From the NCBI GenBank assembly GCA_010909165.1, contig MU008238.1:1-53348 (forward strand): a stretch of 53,348 nt of DNA, read 5' to 3'. The number at the start of each line of letters is the position of its first letter. Positions within the stretch are counted from its first letter, which is position 1. Below, in pieces: positions 25,184 to 36,181 of the stretch. Origin of the DNA: Anthoceros angustus (Eukaryota > Plantae > Anthocerotophyta). The position numbers and the translations under genes were made by a program. The notes beneath the pieces were generated by a model. It made no database searches, was not told where the DNA came from, and saw only the letters and a program-made list of their open reading frames with translations.

Positions 25184-27243
25184 TGTGGAATGGGTTTTGC
25201 ATCCGAAGACAAAGAGGCCACATTTACCCTCTATGTCGTTATAGTCCTAGGATTCGATCCCAAGGGAATGGTTTTGTGTCAAGATGTTCCAAAACTATGG
25301 ATTCTAGTCCTCCTACAATCGTTCCTACCCACCATAATCAACTCGTGTCCGACCCACGACCATGGTGGTGGTGGATTCGCCACCGTGGTGGATTCCGCCA
25401 CCGTGGTGGATTCCGCCACCGCTGTGGTGGGTTCACCACCGGTGGGACCCACCCGGCCGGCGCGCGTCGATCGACTATTTGGCGCCCCCGCCACGCCTGC
25501 TAAGGGCTATGGTCCTATGCACAGATTCACATGTACACCAAGTCACACTCATGGATTCACACCGAGCTCACCGGTGGATGCACCATGGCCACGCCGCGGC
25601 ACCTCACCCGCCGCTAATTTCCTCGACCCCACAATTTATTCCCAACCTTCCTCGGCGTTCCGCATTTTCCGCTCACCACTTCCTAGACTCCTTCACACAA
25701 CGACTCACTCACCCCTTCTTCTAGACCTCATACACCACCGCACAAGATGTTCCCACAGATCCTCCTCTCTGCCACAGACCTCTCTTGGGCCACAGACCCC
25801 TCCCCACAGACCTCTCACACACAGACCTGGCCACGACCTCCTTGGGCCACACAGACCCCTCCTTGGGCCACACACAGACCTCCTCCACAGACCCCTGGGC
25901 CACACAGACTCCTTGGGCCATGACCCCTTGGGATTAGACACAATCGTTAGGGGTTGGGAAAGGAAAAAAAATTGGCTCCCCAGTGCATTCGCACCTGATC
26001 TCACCGCCCCCCGGGAATTTCCCTCCTCGCATGCATTGAGCACCCTTCACCACTAGTCACCCACGCGGAGCTTGGTCACTCCTCTCGACCATCCAGGATC
26101 TCCCGGCCCTCTTGTGGAAGAGGATGACACCGAATCAGCCATCATCGATTGGATGTCTCCAACCAACCACGCGCACAAATTACACACGGGAGCTCACACG
26201 AAATTGTCTAAGAGAGACACTCAAGGGTCTCTTATACATCCGGCAGCCATAGCTCACTTTCCCAAGGTCTAAAGATGGCTAACCTACCTCCAAGTGTTTA
26301 AAGATGGCTAACTTACCACAAGCGCCCTACCAATTCGGTATCTACAAATTCACAAGCTTCCTAGCACCTTATCCTCTAATCCAAGTGAAAGCCTCGACCT
26401 ATGATGCCGCTCCCTCTAAAATCAGCCAGCCTGGCCGCCTAGCCCGCGCCCATGGGTGTTCCCTCGCCTCCTACCACGCCCGATCCGAAGATCCTCCCTT
26501 AATATCTCCACCTCACTCCCGCTATCCGAGGTCCCTTCACTCCTCCTAGGAGGCGCCGGTCATCGCCCTGCGACGCTTTCCTCGCTCCTCATCGCCGGAC
26601 AGCCAAATGCGTTCCTCCATCCATGCTCTAGCCTCCGCCTTGCTCATTTCCTCGAGCACAACGTGAAGGGTATGCTGCCCGTGGACAATCCGGCCGGTTC
26701 CTCGGAATCGAGGGGTTGCATCCCTCCTGGCCTCGACGGTGGCTTCCCCACCTTGGGTCCTTCTTCCGACGATGGCCGGCTCCACCACCGTGGTGGCTCA
26801 TGACGCCCTCCACCACTGTGGTTTCTGCGTGGTGTTGCTCTACCCTTCTTCGTTGCCCGCCTCTCTCTTGACCGGCCCTAGCCTCACCTCTCTCCCGCTT
26901 ATACCTCCGCTAGCTTCTCGAACTTCTCCAGAGGTGCCAGCGTCTCCACTTGTTCCTGGGCCCCTGTTGCTGAATGAAGGATCCCCCACCTTATATAGAC
27001 AATTTTTATTCCTAAAAATCCCAAGGTCCAAGGACCTTCTAGCTTGGCCTGATATTCACAGGTTCGAGGCCCAAGGGCTAATTATTTGTAAAAGTAATAT
27101 TGTCATGGGCCAAGGACCATTTTTAGTATAAAAGGCCTTGCCTCGGACATTTCCTAAGCACTCCATCACACAAAACATAAGAAAAACAAAAAACATTCAA
27201 ACCAACAGTCCAGGGAGGGTTAGTGTACATGTGGTCTTCCACA
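25184..27243 (-). repeat. LTR of family A (~2.06 kb), shared by two units
   Basis: Near-identical to 21501-23587 apart from small indels. PBS on one side and PPT on the other. Confidence 0.85.
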
Positions 27244-28496
27244 TACTCCTTCTCATTTGTTGCCCTCGCCAACTTATTGATAATTTTCAACTCGCCAACC
27301 AACTCGGTTGGCAAAGGCGACCATTCAAATCGCTGGATGGAACCATTGTGGAAAACCTCCGACCACGAACGGACCCATCCACCTTCGCCACCCATAACCG
27401 CTTGTTACCCCGTCCCATTCGATATAACTTGGTCTTGTGTCACGAACGTCGCGAGTAATGGAAACGCCTTGTACCTTAGAGAGGTTTTGAGGAATTTGGC
27501 GTGCAGATACTCACAAATTTCGATCGTTTGTGAAGCTCTTTCTCCCTTCTCATTCGAGGCCATCTGCCTCCCTTCCCCTCTTGAATTGGGTGGCCCTCTC
27601 GCCTCCACTGTGTTGTTCCACTTTCTTGGTTGCCGCCTCCCTCCTTGCTTGCTCCATCTTTTTTGCATACAACGCCTCTTGTTTCGCCTCAGACTCTTTG
27701 TTCCCGACGCGCTCTTCTTCCTTCCACTTCACCCTTGATTTCTTCTTTTTCCTCCCGGCTCTCCCCATCTCGAATCTTCCTCCAAGACTGCTTTCTTCCT
27801 CCATGGAATCCTGGGAATCTTGAGGCTTTCCTCTCTGAGGAACTTTCTCCCGAGGACGATGAGGAATCCTTTCTTTTCCCGTTTTGGACTTCTTCCGTCC
27901 TTCTTAGCCTTCTTCATCTCCTGCGAGTTAGATTCCTCGTAATTTAGCGCCGCCTTGATAGCCTTGCCCAAATTCTTCTCCGCTTGCCACCTTACGTGTC
28001 TCCCCATCTTAGAACCCGTGCCTTTAGCGAACCTATCCTGATAATGTCAGTTAAATAGCTTCATATGGGGTAAGCTAATTAATAGCTATTTCCTAATGGC
28101 CAAAATCACATATATACCTCTAGGCTACTATATATATTCTTGTGAGCGCACAAATGCGTGCATCACCGGCGCTCCAGTCCGGCCCGACCTTCAGCTGCAA
28201 CAAGAAAACAGGGCAAAATTCTGTCCATGCCACACCCCAGCTGATGGACGGGCTAGAAGAAAGGCAGCATGGCGAAGGAGAACTGGAATTATCCAGCACC
28301 TGGAAGGAAAGAATAAGGAAACCCCAAACAGCATCAGCATCACAGCCATGCTCAAGCACGATTACAACGCTATGGGGCCATAGCACCTGTCACACGTAGA
28401 ATGGCAGATGCCACATGAACCCAATTGTGACTAGCAGCCATGAAACCTTGCAATGCAATCACATCCATCTTCACAACTGAAAACGAATTGAAACAG

Positions 28497-28665
28497 TCAC
28501 ACCTGAGTAGCAGTTTCAGCACACTTTGAACAATACCAAAGTTGCTCAGGAACCTCAGCCAAAGGTGGCTGCAAGCAGAAAAGGTGGAACCCCCATTGCA
28601 TCCATCACAAAGCAGCATGAGCTCTCTGCGTCATCCGTGCGGCTGCAGATCTGGCATGGGTAATC
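28497..28665 (-). CDS. PHD finger at the integrase C-terminus
   Basis: With two single-base frame corrections it reads [47 protein letters not shown], a canonical C4HC3 pattern. Confidence 0.88.
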
Positions 28666-31600
28666 GCTGGCGGGATCCAATCAGCTGTTACAATGGTGGG
28701 GTCAAGGTTAGGGAGATGGCACGGGCACAATTTTTGGTGTGATCAGAAATGACCCTGCCATCAGATCCCTGCAGCACCAACACTCCATTGGACTTGACCT
28801 CCTGATCCTAAGCACATGTCTGCTGCTGGAAGTCTCAAGTGTCAGCTGTTTGGCGTTGAAGATACACGAAATCCCCTGGAATTTCTTAAGCTTGGGCCTG
28901 AAGCTCCGCTGCAGTGTGGGCGTACCTTAGTGTGTCCCGATGCTGTGCAATGTGCAAATTTTTCCATAGCCATCGGCATCACTCGGAAAAGGGCAGCCCT
29001 GTCACCTATCATCCTAGCCCAAGTGGCTGGATCATCCAGCGAGACCACGGCCTGCATCTGTTTAGCGATGGAGCTAGGTGGAACAGGCTCCCAAAAGAAG
29101 GAAATAGGGTGAGAAATGAGCTAGGCGTGCCGGCTCATTCGGTACCCCATCAATATATAAGGCAGCATGATGTCCCAATCCCCCTGCTGCAGACAGAGCT
29201 TGGAGGCCCTTTTGATGGTTTGAACCATCCTCTCAGCCAACCCGTCGGCCTGAGGGTGGTCCCTGCTGGTCCTCCTGTGGTCAATTAGTGCCACATCCAA
29301 CAGGTCTTGAATTCCTCGGAATTCTGAACCCTCGGTGAGACACTCCGCGCAACTGCCAAAGCGGCTCAGCACGTTCTGCAAGAAAGCCTGTGATGTGCTC
29401 CTGGATGACTTGTCAGGCAACGCCACGGCCTCCACCCACTTGCTAAAGTGCTCTATCATCACCAAGATGTACACTTACCCTTGGTGTCTTGGGCAGCTCT
29501 CCTATGAGGTCGCAGGACCACCTGAAGAAGAGCCCCATGATGGGGAGTGGGTGCAGCTCTGGGTGCTGCATAGTGAAGGATGTTTTGACGCGGTCACATG
29601 GCTCACAGCAAGCGACACATTCCCGGACTTGTGCATGCATGCCAAACCAGTGGAAGTGAGGGGCCAGCAAGCTGTAGGTCCTCTTGACTCCAAAATGCCC
29701 CATGTCATGTACTCTTCGAATGAGATCAGCACGATCTCCGGGAGGTGGAACCAGCCGTTCCACACCATGGGCCCGCCTCCGGATGAGGTACCCATCTCTC
29801 CAGTAGTAGGCAGCAGCACGTTTACTGCCGCTCACATTCTGCTGCTGTCCAATCTTCACCTAGCTGGCCAGTTTGCACAAACTGAATTGTATGCACGTCC
29901 TCCCATATGTCCTTGGGGACATGTTGAGCTGCTGCAACCTCAAGCTGTCCAAGGCATGTCATGGCCACCAAGGCAGCTACAGCAAAATCTGCCTGTCCTC
30001 GTGGCTGATCATCCTCATCCTGCCTAGCCTCCGTGGCATCCCTACAGCTGCTATCCGATTCCTGGAGAGGGTGTCCGCATTCTGATGTGACACCCCGGCC
30101 TGTGCTCCACATGGAAGTTGTAATCCTGCAAAATCATGGCCCAGCGAGCAAGTTTCCGCTGAGCTTTGTGTTTGTCATCAGCCACTTCAAGGGTTGATGG
30201 TCAGTGACAAGGGTAAACTGCTGCCCATAGAGGTAAGGTCTGAAGTGGCAGACTGCCCAAACAGCGGCATTCGCCCTCATAGCTGCTGTAATTGGCCTCA
30301 AGCAGTTGTTGCTGCGTGAGGCAAAGGCAATCACACGCGTTCCTTCCCTGCTCATCCTCTTGCGCAAGTACAGCACCCAGCCCCAGACTACTCCAGTCTG
30401 TATGAAGCACAAACGGCTTGTCAAAATTGGGACGAGCCATAATGGGTGATGTGCTGAGCCGCTCTTTCAAGGTGTCAAAAGACTGTTGAGCATGCTCATC
30501 CCACAGCCACTCCACGTCCTTGCGCAATAGGTTGTTCAGCGGTTTAGCAATCCTGCTGAAATTCTGGATGTACACCCTGTAATAGTTGCACAATCCTAGA
30601 AATGCCCGTAGTGCTGACACATTGGTGGGCTCCTTCACCCGCTGAATGGCCTGGATCTTGGCTGCATGAGGCATGACTCCATTGGGCACGATCTTGTGTC
30701 CCAAGTATGCTACAGTGCTCATCCCAAACTCACATTTGGAGGGTGGCACGTGAGCTCAGCCTTCCGCAACCTAAGGAACAGATCCTCTAGATGTGCCAAG
30801 TGCTGCTCAAAATCCTCGCTGTGCACAAGGACATCGTCAATGTAGCACATCAAATATGCTGCACCTGCCAGCACAAGATCCATTATCCTCTGGAAGGTGA
30901 CTGGTGCATTTTAAATCCAAAAGGCATCACCAGCCACTCCCACAGCTGCTGAGATCCATGGAAGGCAGTCTTCTTGATGTCCTCCTCAGCAACCGCACCT
31001 GGTTGAATCCTTGGCGTAGGTCAAGTGTGGAAGAAGACTGACTGCCCAATGCGGTCAAAAATTTCTTCAGGGGTCGGCATCGGGTGATCCTGTGCTGTTG
31101 CTACATTTATGGGACGATAGTCCCGCATCCTCTTCTCAGTCCACAGCCCTTGGCTGTCCTTCTTGGCGGCATCACGGTGGCAGCATAGTCACTGCTGGAG
31201 GGCCTGATCAACCCTGCTTCCAGCAATTCCCTGCAGCGGGCGTCCACCATGTCCCATTCTGTCTTGCTGAGACGGTACCTTCTCCTGTAGATGGGCTCCG
31301 AGGTGGTAAGGTTGATCCTAAAGGTCAACACATTACACCTCTTCAGCTCCTTCATTGAGAAGGCGAAGCAGTCTCGATACTTCAGCAGTAGCACGTGAAT
31401 CCTCTGCTTCTGCAGGTCTGTGAGCTCATCCCCATCTTCCAAGGGAAATTATCAGCTGTGACCTTTGTTGATGCTCCATGCTCACTTCCCTTGTGGTCAG
31501 ATGCGGAAAAAGCAGACCTGTTTCCCCATGTAGGCTGCTCCACCCCCAGCATCTGGCCAAAAGGGTAGGTGAGTGTAGCCAGGAAAGGGAAAATGGACAG

Positions 31601-34600
31601 CATCTGCTGGGCACATACTGGCCAGCAAGCTAGGAAGGGCTACAGCTGCAAACTTGGCGTGCAATTGAAAGGCGAGGCAGAGGCTGACCAGCCAAGTAAT
31701 GGCGTGAAGGTCCATGGCTCTGCCTATGGCTGCAGCACGCTGGGGTCGAGTGACTTGAGGTGCTGCTGTAGAGCCTGTTTGAAACCCATCAGGCGCCTCG
31801 CTCCTCTACTCCAGGTTCCTCCCATTGCTGAGTGGTAGTGTTAAGGAGCATGCCATTGCCTTGAGCTCTGTATGCAAAAGAGCCTGGAAAACTCACGAGC
31901 GTGGGCAACGTCTGTCTCGGCTGCCCTGGCACATTGGTAGGGAACCAAGGTGCACGCTCACTAGCAGTGACTGGCTTGGGCTGATGATGTGGTTCCAAGA
32001 CCAGCTGCAGCTGCAAGTGGGGATCCCTGGTGGTGCCACGTAAGGCTAGCTCCATAACCGAAGAGGGACAAGGTTTGTCCAATAATTGCGTAGCCTGTGG
32101 GCATAGCTACCCACCTGGGCAGCATCCATAAGGAATGGGAGCCCACATAATGCTGCACAATCACCATGTCCTGTTGCACATGTGGGCGTGAGTCCAGCTG
32201 GGCAGGTGTGTTTTCCAAGAGATAAGCACAGCGTGGATTATCTTGCTGAGCCCATGCGAGCACCTGGTGCAAGTCCCGAAGAGGCCTGAACGTGCATCTT
32301 CTAAGCCTTGGCCACGGCCTGCCCTGGAAAACCCCTGGCATTCCCAGCCAGCGATGACCATGTCCACAGGTCCCAAAGCATGGATGTGGGCCTGTTGGAT
32401 GTACTGCACATCCTGTGGCCAGGCCGTAAAAGCGCTGTGAGTGGCCTCTGGGGGTAGTTGCTGTGGAAAGCGCTGTTGCAGCCCAAGCAGTCTGAAGGCT
32501 GCAATGTCCCTGGCTATTGGGTCCTTGTCACAATAGACATAGGATAGTGAGCCCGTCAATAGCAAAGCCTCCAGGCCAGTGCAGATACCCCAAATAGCTC
32601 TACCACCGTTAGTTCAGGCTGAGAGGGTGCCCACGTGATCACAGTGCAGTTCAGCAGCTTGTCCTGTGTGGGATGCGCCAACCCTGTAGCCACAAGGCTC
32701 TGGACACGTTGCAATTGAGCCTTGGCATTCTGCAAACGCGGCCACCTCAGCAGGGTAGTCTGGATGAGCCATGGCTTGAGACAAAGTGCTGCCACTGCCA
32801 GGTGAGTCCTCATCAGCTGCAGACTCCAGCTGCCGTTCTACATGGGCAGTGTCCTCACTAGCTCGCCAAGGTTGCAAGACTGAATGTCACAAACCATTTG
32901 GCAGGCTACAAGCGAGGCCACATCAGCAACTGTTTTACCATGAAGGTCCAGTGGCAGATGCGCCACACGGAGCCCCTTGTCTCCAATCAGGCCTGTAAAG
33001 GCTTGTTCCGTCCAGTTGTCCACGCCAATGCCTGGTGGGTACAAAAATTCTTGACCCAACAAGACATCGTAGTTGGTGGCTGTGGTCACAAGACAGGGCA
33101 ATGACAAGGTCATCTCATCATCTGCCCGGGTTAAGGGTAATATCCACCGGTCGGATGGTTTCCCACACACTGGCTCAATTGCCCTGGAAGCAGTCCTGAT
33201 GTTCCAGGGTGATGTGCGAAGAGCATCACCCTTCAGATGCAACCTGGCTGCCAGCACCTTGCCGATTATGACTGGCTGTGCACCTGTGTCAAGCAGCACC
33301 ACCCTGGGTGCGTAACCATTCACTGTCACGTGCCCTGCTCGATTATCAACAACAGCGTTGCTAACCCGGTGTTGAGCCTGTTGGTGGCTGCACTCGTGGT
33401 CTGTCACCAACTTGGCCTGCCACCTGTACACTGCAGACTCCTTCCAGCAAGCCGGAATGCATTCGTGGCTGCTCCATGGGCTGAAGGCTGCTGTCACAGC
33501 GTGACGATCTGTCTGGTGGGAGTTCCCACAATCGGGCATGAGCAACCACAGGATCGGGCTCATTGCATGTGGCCACAACTTCTAGTGTCTGCATCATTTG
33601 CTGCAGCCGGCTGGGTGTAACTCCAAGCTCCTGGAGAGTGAAGAGTGGGATCTCCGTGAGCCTCTTAGCCACCTGTTCAGCAGTGACAGCCTGTGGAAGC
33701 AAGTAAAATTTTTCCGCATGTGATATGCCCTGCCCCCTTTGAGGGGCTGATCCACTTGGCTCTGACCTGGATGAAGAATGGCTCTGCCCCCTGATCGGAA
33801 TGGCAGAACCTGGCGGCAATGGCACATAGGATTGAGGCATCACTGCCCTCGCTGCCTAGTGACAGGTCCAGTAGCTGCTGATGTAATGTCCAGCGTGGTA
33901 TTTGGGAGCACATGCCCCACCCAGCCATCACAACACGTCCCTCTTGGCTGTCACTTGGTGCCTTATCCGCTGTGCAGACCTGATGTGGCAGGCCGTAGTC
34001 CTCTCCTTCAGGTACTGCAACAAGTTCTACTGCTGCAGCCGGTTTGGCTCCTTCAGCACTAGAGAGATTGGCCACCTGCGTGGCCAATGCTGCCAGTTGT
34101 GCCTCCAAGGTTGCGTCCTTCTCAGCATTGGCAGTATTCTTGGCCTTGGCCTTGTCACGTTGCTGTTTGCTCCGTGAAGGCCCTGCTGTTCCAGCTGCAG
34201 CAGCTGTAGGTGCCACTGCTGTCCCACCAACCTCAGCCTTTGCCTTCTGATACCGTCTCTCCGGATGTTTCTGGAAGCAGACCGTGACAACATGGCCGTT
34301 CTTCTGGCAGTGAGTGCAGAACAAACCCTCCGATGGACACTTGCATGCAGTGGACAAGTGCTCTGGACTGCCACAGTAATTGCATAAGGCTGCCGCAGGT
34401 GCTGCTGCTGCTGTAGTAGCTGCTGCCCCTGCCTTGGCTGGCTTAGCTGGCCCTGCCCTTGAGGAAGCTCCCCCATGCGTGGTTGACCCCTTGTTGGTGA
34501 ACATGGACTGGTAGTGATGGAAGGACTTGGCATGCTTGGAGGAGAACACCGAGTAGGCGATCTCCTTCTTCTCCGCCTCTTCATGCACTTGCTCCAAGGT

Positions 34601-35608
34601 GTAGTTATCACCATATTTGTCCACCAAGGAGGACACAAGCTGGAAGTGAAAAGAGAATCACCCTCCAGGGCAACTAAGAATTTCTCCGCTGCCTCCTGAT
34701 CCGTCAACATGCCAGTACCCTCACGTAGCTTTTGCAGCCTACGGAAGCACATCTGGACTGTCTCCCTTTCTTCCTCAGTAGCCAACTCAGCGATTTTCTC
34801 CGGAGTTTTGAGGGGAAGGCCTTTTCCAGAATCTTCAGAAACTCCTCCACGGGGTTGGCATGCTTGGGAGTCTGGATGAACTCAATCAACCCTGCGTTGC
34901 TGTTGTCCTCTCCGCTGGGGTGAGGGGCTCACCACTGTAGGAGGCTGCATGTGGCAACAGTGCCATTAGCAATGGCCTGTTGATGAGCTGTAATGGCGGC
35001 CTGCAACTTGGCATTGTAGGCTAGCTGCAGCGCCCCTGGTGCAAAGGATTCAAGGTCTGCACCGTGGCAGTCAAATCTGCTTGGTGAGCCTCGTACAAAT
35101 CCAATGCCTCATCAGCCATGTAGGCAGACAGCTGTTCGAACATGTACAGGTGATTGTACAACGCAGCGTGCTTGAACTTCACCCGGCTGATTGCCTCACT
35201 CACACGTGGGAAATCTCTCAAAGACATAGTCCCAGGCCTGCCTGAGAATTTTCGTGCCTACTTGATGGTCCTGACTCCATGGTATCAGATCCCTCCGAGA
35301 GGTCAGCTTTAGTCTGTCCTCCTTGTGCTGTTGAAATCACCAATGAATGGTCAGCACCTGGCCTCCACTATCCTGCCTCAAGTCACCAAAATCTGGTGCA
35401 ACTGGATCGGGGCCTGGTTAGCAAAGGGACCAACTTGTGCCTGCAGCAGTTGTAGCTGCTCAGCACCAGGATCTGCTCCCGCTGGGTCTCCTCCTAGAGA
35501 CAGCCGTTGCCGTTGTGCTGGCCGCCTCCTCCTTGCAAAGACCCTGGCTGGCACGTCCCTTGTCCTCAGTCGATGGCGTGGACTACCTCCCTCCTCGTCA
35601 GAGGGCAT
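28497..35608 (-). CDS. Polyprotein of D (gag with two CCHC knuckles, retropepsin, DNMT, RT, RNase H, integrase, PHD); frameshifts probably read errors
   Basis: Knuckles CNYCGSPEHLSTAC and CTHCQKNGHVVTVC (~34290-34385); protease VLLDTGAQ (33282) ...VLLGQEFL; RT APVTFQRIMD...CYIDDVLV (~30850); RNase H FVLHTDWSSLGLGAVLAQ...VTDHQPLKWL; integrase HDMGHFG...CEPC, WSCDL, HPQADGLAERMVQTIK. Confidence 0.9.
31680..32620 (-). CDS. C5 cytosine methyltransferase domain (DNMT3/DRM-like motif order) embedded between protease and RT
   Basis: Motif I VVELFG(G)ICTGLEAL; motif II YVYCDKDPIAR; motif IV DMVIAGWECQGFSRAG..GLEDARSGLF; motif VI YLLENT; motif VIII DAAQVGSYAHRLRNYWTN; motifs IX/X EER..LMGF...IGRAMDLHAITWL. 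Confidence 0.92.
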
Positions 35609-35816
35609 TGCCCATGTAGACAGCACGCCAGAGATCAGCCACCAAGGTAAGCAAGTGCTGCAAGGCAGCCTCCGAGAAAGCAAAACCCCAGCCACAGAAT
35701 CAATGTGAAACGAAAATTCCTGAACACACCAACGCTGCAACTCTGATCCTTCTCCTCAGTAAGCAAAGGGACCTGGAATATCACTATCCTAGCACCTATG
35801 CTGCAACAAGGGAAGT

Positions 35817-36181
35817 GATGGCTGCAAATAGCCAATTTCCCCAACTGAACCCTAAGTGCCCAACCTTTCCAAGGCATTCAGTCCTTGGATTGCACTCAAG
35901 TAGACAAAATGGTACCAACAGATTTGTCTCAACAAGGCGAACACTTTGGTATGCAAATCAGCGGAAACCGACCTGTGGATCGATCGCTATGAACGCTGAT
36001 GGCTGCAAATAGCCAATTTCCACACCTGAACCCTAAGTGCTCAACCTCTCCAAGGCATTCAGTCCCTGGATTGCACTCGAAAGTAGACAAAATGGTACCA
36101 ACAGATTCGTCTCAACAAGGCGAACACTCTGGTATGCAAATCGACGGCAACCGACCTGTGGGGCGATCGCTATGAACGCTG
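35817..36181. repeat. Two tandem copies of a ~182-bp unit in the 5' leader of D
   Basis: gatggctgcaaatagcc...gatcgctatgaacgctg occurs at 35817-35997 and 35998-36181. Confidence 0.9.

Larger units (their letters stand above)
21501..28030 (-). mobile_element. Non-autonomous gag-only LTR element (family A) in tandem with a shared LTR: LTR-internal-LTR-internal (truncated)
   Basis: LTRs at 21501-23587 and 25184-27243. Internal region 23588-25183 is repeated at 27244-28030, which ends at an aacc microhomology with D sequence. Confidence 0.85.

Noticed and set aside
35280-35290. tggtatcaga, resembling a tRNA-iMet PBS
   Set aside because: It is on the strand opposite D's genes, lies inside gag coding sequence and is not adjacent to any terminal repeat.
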